DNA of 35,727 bases from NCBI RefSeq assembly GCF_001194135.2, contig NC_068987.1, positions 31,330,479 to 31,366,205 of the forward strand, read 5' to 3'. The position numbers and the translations under genes are program-made. Each line of letters begins with the position of its first letter. The stretch's first letter is position 1. A model generated the notes under the pieces. It was given only the letters and a program-made list of their open reading frames with translations. It ran no database searches and was not told the origin of the DNA. Of this stretch, positions 34,286 to 35,727 are shown one piece after another. The stretch is from Octopus bimaculoides. Its lineage: Eukaryota.

Positions 34286-34991
34286 GAAAGTGAAACGAGA
34301 TCCAGAAAACTATAGAGTCCCAATGTGTAAGAAAATATAATTAGACTGAAATTATCTATGTAATTATTAGACAAAAACTCCCTCATAAGTGGTTAAAAAT
34401 CTAAAGACTGGTCTCTAAAAATCAACTGTTGAAAGCAACGAGCATGTTTCAATCTTATTAGGTTTCCTCAACTAAGTGCAGTTTAGGATAACAAAAAAGG
34501 GGGCATTGACATCATAAATATATGTCGAATATAACAGTAGTAAGCAATGTATAGACAGATGGAAACAAAAACAATCCCATCTGTGACCTCTATTAATTTT
34601 GCCTTTAGATTCTAATTGCTAATAAGCCACCCTTTTTAATTTATTTACACTTTTACTGTTTTGAAAATCAGCACACGTTTTCAACAGTTTTTGTTATAAG
34701 ACAGATAGAGGTAGTTGAGTTTAAATTTAGGCATTAAGAGCCGCTGTTGAGGATTAAAATGGTCTACATCAAAATCCATAATCACGATCCGGCTATGTAC
34801 GGTGGAGGCTTACCTCCCTTTGTCAGTCATTAAGGCAGTGATTTTGTGACTTTTGAGTTATTTTAACTCAATCTTTAGCAATAGCAGTGCTAGTCAGTAC
34901 CCTCTGTCACTTATGCGATCTCTACTAATATTGCCTTTAGGCTCTAATTGTGAAAAAGTCACCCTTTTTTAATATATACCAGAAAGAATAA

Positions 34992-35727
34992 GGTACTCAG
35001 AGATCTGTATGGATGTACATTTACAGATTTTTATCACTATGTCACATGTTTCTGTAAATCATATATTTGTGCTTGCATCTACTCTAGTAGAATCTTCAGA
35101 TTAAAATTTTTTTGATGGGATTCGTCTCTTTTTATAGTATTATTGAGTGTGTAAGGGTGGAGAGAGAGAGATATAGGATAGTGAAAGAGGGTGAGGAATA
35201 GGGAGAAAGTAAGAGAGAGAGAGTGTGTGTATGTTTGTGTGTGTGTGTGTGTGTGTATGTGAATGCCTGTGTATCTGAAAGGAGTGTCAATGTAAAAGAG
35301 AAGGAAAGAAAAAAGGAAGAGAGAAAGAAGAAAAAATTGTGTTTACATATATAAAGGACTGACCAGTCGTATATATGTAAACACAATGTTTTTCTTCTTT
35401 GTCTCTTCCTTCTTTCTTTCCTTCTCTTTTCCATTGACTCCATCTTCAGATACACAGGCACACACACACACACACACACATACACAAAAATGCACACACA
35501 CACTCTCTCTCACTTTCTCCCCATTCCTCACCCTCTTTTACTATCCTATATATCTCTCTCCACCCCTACACACTCAATAATACTATAAAAAGACACGAAT
35601 CCCCTCAAAAAATTTTAATCTGAAGATTCTACTAGAGTAGATGCAAGCGCTAATGTATGATTTATAAAAACATGTGACATATTAATAAAAATCTATGAAT
35701 GTACAACCATCCAGATCTCTCAGTACC
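34992..35727. repeat. Long imperfect palindrome (inverted duplication), arms ~360 bp, 16-nt spacer
   Basis: 34992-35353 pairs with 35370-35727 at about 90% identity by eye, and pairing continues to the last base of the window. Confidence 0.95.

Overview
Repeat-dominated eukaryotic draft-assembly DNA with about 5 kb of N gaps (3284-3293, 6158-7140, 11045-11054, 12116-12287, 16132-16209, 18538-19516, 20333-20962, 25032-25084, 26876-26901, 29372-29671, 30436-31208, 32225-32494, 33341-33350). The SINE families and microsatellite load suggest a coleoid cephalopod, probably Octopus; this is my recollection of those families, not a database result. I can support no intact host protein-coding gene, tRNA/rRNA gene or CRISPR array. 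Almost all ORFs in the track come from microsatellites, gaps or decayed transposable elements. The window does contain: (1) about 20 copies of several tRNA-derived SINE-type families, labelled A-E here because formal names are unverified; (2) three distinct Tc1/mariner transposase relics; (3) two hAT/Charlie-type MITEs; (4) an R4/Dong-like LINE 3' end sitting in a (TAA)n tract; (5) a decayed L1/Tx1-like ORF1 with a zinc knuckle and no ORF2; (6) a possible Penelope-like fragment with an inverted duplication; (7) a five-layer nested TE cluster at 8.1-11.4 kb. The cluster includes an element I could not classify, with 86-bp TIRs and an internal microsatellite fold-back. The strongest unexplained structure is a ~90%-identical palindrome with ~360-bp arms running off the right end of the window. 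A few weak splice-signal candidates are listed at low confidence. All alignments and identities were made by eye.
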